A stretch of DNA of 64,000 nucleotides from a bacterium (lineage in GTDB: Bacteria; UBP14; UBA6098; 4484-93), in NCBI GenBank assembly GCA_021158465.1, contig JAGGUN010000052.1, positions 2,160 through 66,159 of the forward strand, in the 5' to 3' direction. The position numbers and the translations under genes were made by a program. Positions 62,801 to 64,000 of the stretch are shown piece after piece; the stretch's first letter is position 1, and the number at the start of each line of letters is the position of its first letter. The notes under the pieces are model-generated. The model saw nothing but the letters and a program-made list of their open reading frames with translations. It ran no database searches and was not told the DNA's origin.

Positions 62801-63212
62801 GGAGAAGAGAATACGATACTACCAGAGGATCTACACAGCAGAAAGCATAGATAAACTCCATAGAATAAAGGAGGAGATGAATGATATATTCGGTTCCCTA
62901 CCCGATGAGGCGAAAACCCTATTTGAATTCGCTGAAATAAGAATACTCGCCAAAATGGCCCCCATATCAAGAATAATGGAAAGATCGGGCAGGTTCAGAA
63001 TATACTTTGATACAGACTTTATCCCTCCGTGGCACAAGATAAGCACAATGCTCGCCGATATTGCAAGCCTCCTCAATTTCAAAACACACCCTGCACCTTG
63101 CCTCATCATAGAACCAAAGAAAGAAGCGCCAACCCTCGAGAAGATGAAATTCCTCAAGCTCCAGATAAAGCGATTGGCTGATGGACTGACCTCCGAGCGA
63201 TTTTTGGTTTGA
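59814..63212 (+). CDS. mfd: Transcription-repair coupling factor
   Basis: The protein reads DRLLTGDVGFGKTEVA, LIIDEEQKFGV, MSATPIPRTL and LRGRVGRS. At 1132 aa its length is typical of Mfd. Confidence 0.95.
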   Translation: MLESLKQIVASSDTAGQLIKEIKEGSSLSIQPAPAGFLAILISALFRRTKRTIVVIAPEKTEEILADIELVEKRTLYFPAYDILPYDTSRPDTEIVARRIETVYRMMETPRHIIVTSPRALLEKTIPKQLLKPIKIHKGETVEPKELKAKLIENGYKSCDATGYIGEFSSRGGIIDLFTPGTVDPVRLEFFGDTVESIRLFSARNQRSIRKIKECTILPSTEAVPLLRAVRGNRIQENINPDTTRKIPKERLEKVIERLQFDPEFPGYLWFLPLFLPEANTLQDYLPEDTIFVITEEEEFHRQLSEFESEANELYTRKLTEKIPPLPPELIFANKDELTKQIEHKQLISFGLKGKAVLPVSPQNTIGGDIALLQETLKRYNRNGYKTFILCDNVGQAERMKNLVGGIRLTLEIAPLSEGFIFTEGRLAVFTDNGIFARYRRRSREKRYHEGTYSEPISLEPGDYLVHLEYGIGRFVGIENLTVGDVTTECIVLEYDKRDKLYVPSTDFHLLQRYEGKTTDVKLARLTSDRWKRTKKKVKQKVTELAGELLEIYTLRQKLTGIQHKGDETLFNQLEASFIYDETEDQARATEEVLLNMEEPHPMDRLLTGDVGFGKTEVAIRAAFKAVLSGYQVAVLVPTTILAEQHTATFRERLSDFPVIIETLSRLQTKRKQSQIIESLREGKIDIIIGTHRLLSPDVDFKKLGLLIIDEEQKFGVRDKEKIKRLKLNIDVLSMSATPIPRTLYLALSGVRDMSLINTPPQERKPVYTQIIEFNPKLFKMIIRRELDRGGQVFFLHNRINSVGTVAKLLREAMPDVRIAIVHGRMDEQKLEKTFLDFLNRKFDLLLSTTIIENGIDIPNVNTIIINRADKLGLADLYQLRGRVGRSKRQAYCYLVAPPYQMMSSKARARLKAILEHTSLASGLNIAMRDLEIRGAGNLLGKQQSGFIDAIGFELYNQLLLEAVKEAKGEKTEPFIPVPFQTSTPVSIPKEYIPHVEKRIRYYQRIYTAESIDKLHRIKEEMNDIFGSLPDEAKTLFEFAEIRILAKMAPISRIMERSGRFRIYFDTDFIPPWHKISTMLADIASLLNFKTHPAPCLIIEPKKEAPTLEKMKFLKLQIKRLADGLTSERFLV

Positions 63213-63236
63213 TTTTTTACCCATAAATTTTATATT
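63209..63236 (+). promoter_or_regulatory. Candidate promoter for leuC/hacA-type gene (TTGATT-16-TATATT)
   Basis: The hexamers are at 63209-63214 (overlapping the mfd stop) and 63231-63236, 40 nt upstream of ATG 63277. Confidence 0.4.
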
Positions 63237-63276
63237 ATTATTTATAAGGAATTTTCCTCCAACAGAAGAGCAAAAA

Positions 63277-64000
63277 ATGGGGAAAACAGCGGTCGAGAAG
63301 ATATTCTCGAAGAGGCTTTCCAGAGATATAGCGGCAGGCGAGATAGTTGTGGTAAAGCCGGATTTCGTCTTATCCCACGACAATACCGCGGCAATCATCG
63401 ACCATTTCAGAGAGCTTGGGGTAAAGCAGATAGAAAACCCAGAGCAGCCCGTAATAATACTTGACCACACTGTTCCAGCATCGACATCAAAATATGCTAA
63501 CAACCATAAGAAGATTAGGGAATTTGTTGTCGAGCAGAAGCTCTCTCATTTCTTCGATATCGGTGAGGGAATATGCCATCAGGTTTTAGCTGAGCAAGGG
63601 TTCGCTGTTCCCTGGAGCATCGTTCTGGGCGCCGATAGTCACACGACAACATACGGAGCACTCGGCGCTTTCTCAACCGGGATCGGGAGGAAGGAGGTCG
63701 CTGCTATATGGGCAACAGGTGAGCTTTGGCTTCGCGTTCCCGAGACGATAAGATTCGTGATAACAGGAAGGTTTCAACCGTATGTCCTGCCAAAGGACCT
63801 TGCCCTCTACATTATCGGAAAAATCGGTGCAGATGGAGCGCTTTACAAATCCGTCGAGTTCACAGGAGAAACCGTAGAGAATATGAGCATCGCATCAAGG
63901 ATGACACTCTCGAATATGTCTGTGGAGATGGGAGCAAAGAACGGTTTTTGCGATGCAGACGAGAAGACAGCTTCATTCCTTGGAATAGATAGGATAACTC
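63277..64000 (+). CDS. leuC: Aconitase-family dehydratase large subunit (3-isopropylmalate dehydratase / homoaconitase type), 3' end off window
   Basis: Hand translation gives MGKTAVEKIFSK...VLSHDNT...GEGICHQVL...LGADSHTTTYGALGAF...SNMSVEMGAKNG. The frame is open to the window end and the gene is not in the supplied track. Confidence 0.8.
   Translation, partial: MGKTAVEKIFSKRLSRDIAAGEIVVVKPDFVLSHDNTAAIIDHFRELGVKQIENPEQPVIILDHTVPASTSKYANNHKKIREFVVEQKLSHFFDIGEGICHQVLAEQGFAVPWSIVLGADSHTTTYGALGAFSTGIGRKEVAAIWATGELWLRVPETIRFVITGRFQPYVLPKDLALYIIGKIGADGALYKSVEFTGETVENMSIASRMTLSNMSVEMGAKNGFCDADEKTASFLGIDRIT

Noticed and set aside
1-64000. CRISPR arrays, IS elements, integrases, prophage or defence islands, and rRNA
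   Set aside because: I saw no direct-repeat/spacer periodicity and no transposase, integrase or reverse-transcriptase motifs. I saw no long terminal inverted repeats and no obvious compositional break. This was a visual inspection only; no k-mer or GC-skew computation was done.

Overview
This is a gene-dense (about 90% coding), apparently chromosomal segment with no rRNA, CRISPR array, transposase, integrase or phage genes that I can see. The gene content points to an uncultivated-type diderm bacterium, most consistent with a non-Bacteroidetes member of the FCB radiation. Supporting this, the window holds an SprA-type T9SS translocon and four proteins with type-A T9SS C-terminal sorting domains. 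It also holds LPS heptose genes (split hldA/hldC) and lnt. Most genes nevertheless carry strong Shine-Dalgarno sites, and many units have TTGACA-16/17-TATAAT promoters. Housekeeping content includes rpiB, glyA, secDF, eno, ftsB, purM, gpsA, ispA, lysS, mutS2, dnaG-rpoD, tadA, mfd and a leuC/hacA-type dehydratase (3' partial). There is also a GH57 branching enzyme (3' partial, absent from the supplied ORF track) and six tRNA genes. The accessory content is surface or secreted, and two parts stand out. The first is a four-gene secreted operon (1784-6172, minus strand): a papain-like protease whose C-terminal domain recurs as two stand-alone small secreted paralogs, plus a two-domain beta-rich partner. 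The second is a two-gene surface operon (54707-59788) built from shuffled copies of two module types I cannot name, plus an LVIVD-repeat propeller. Smaller curiosities include a tRNA-Arg(ACG)-tadA-tRNA-Ser unit in which the tadA CDS reads 47 nt into tRNA-Ser. There are also two possible leaderless starts and a 71-nt same-strand CDS overlap. All functional calls rest on motif recognition by eye. No database search, structure prediction or statistics were run, so family names are hypotheses and coordinates of hand-found sites may be off by a base or two.
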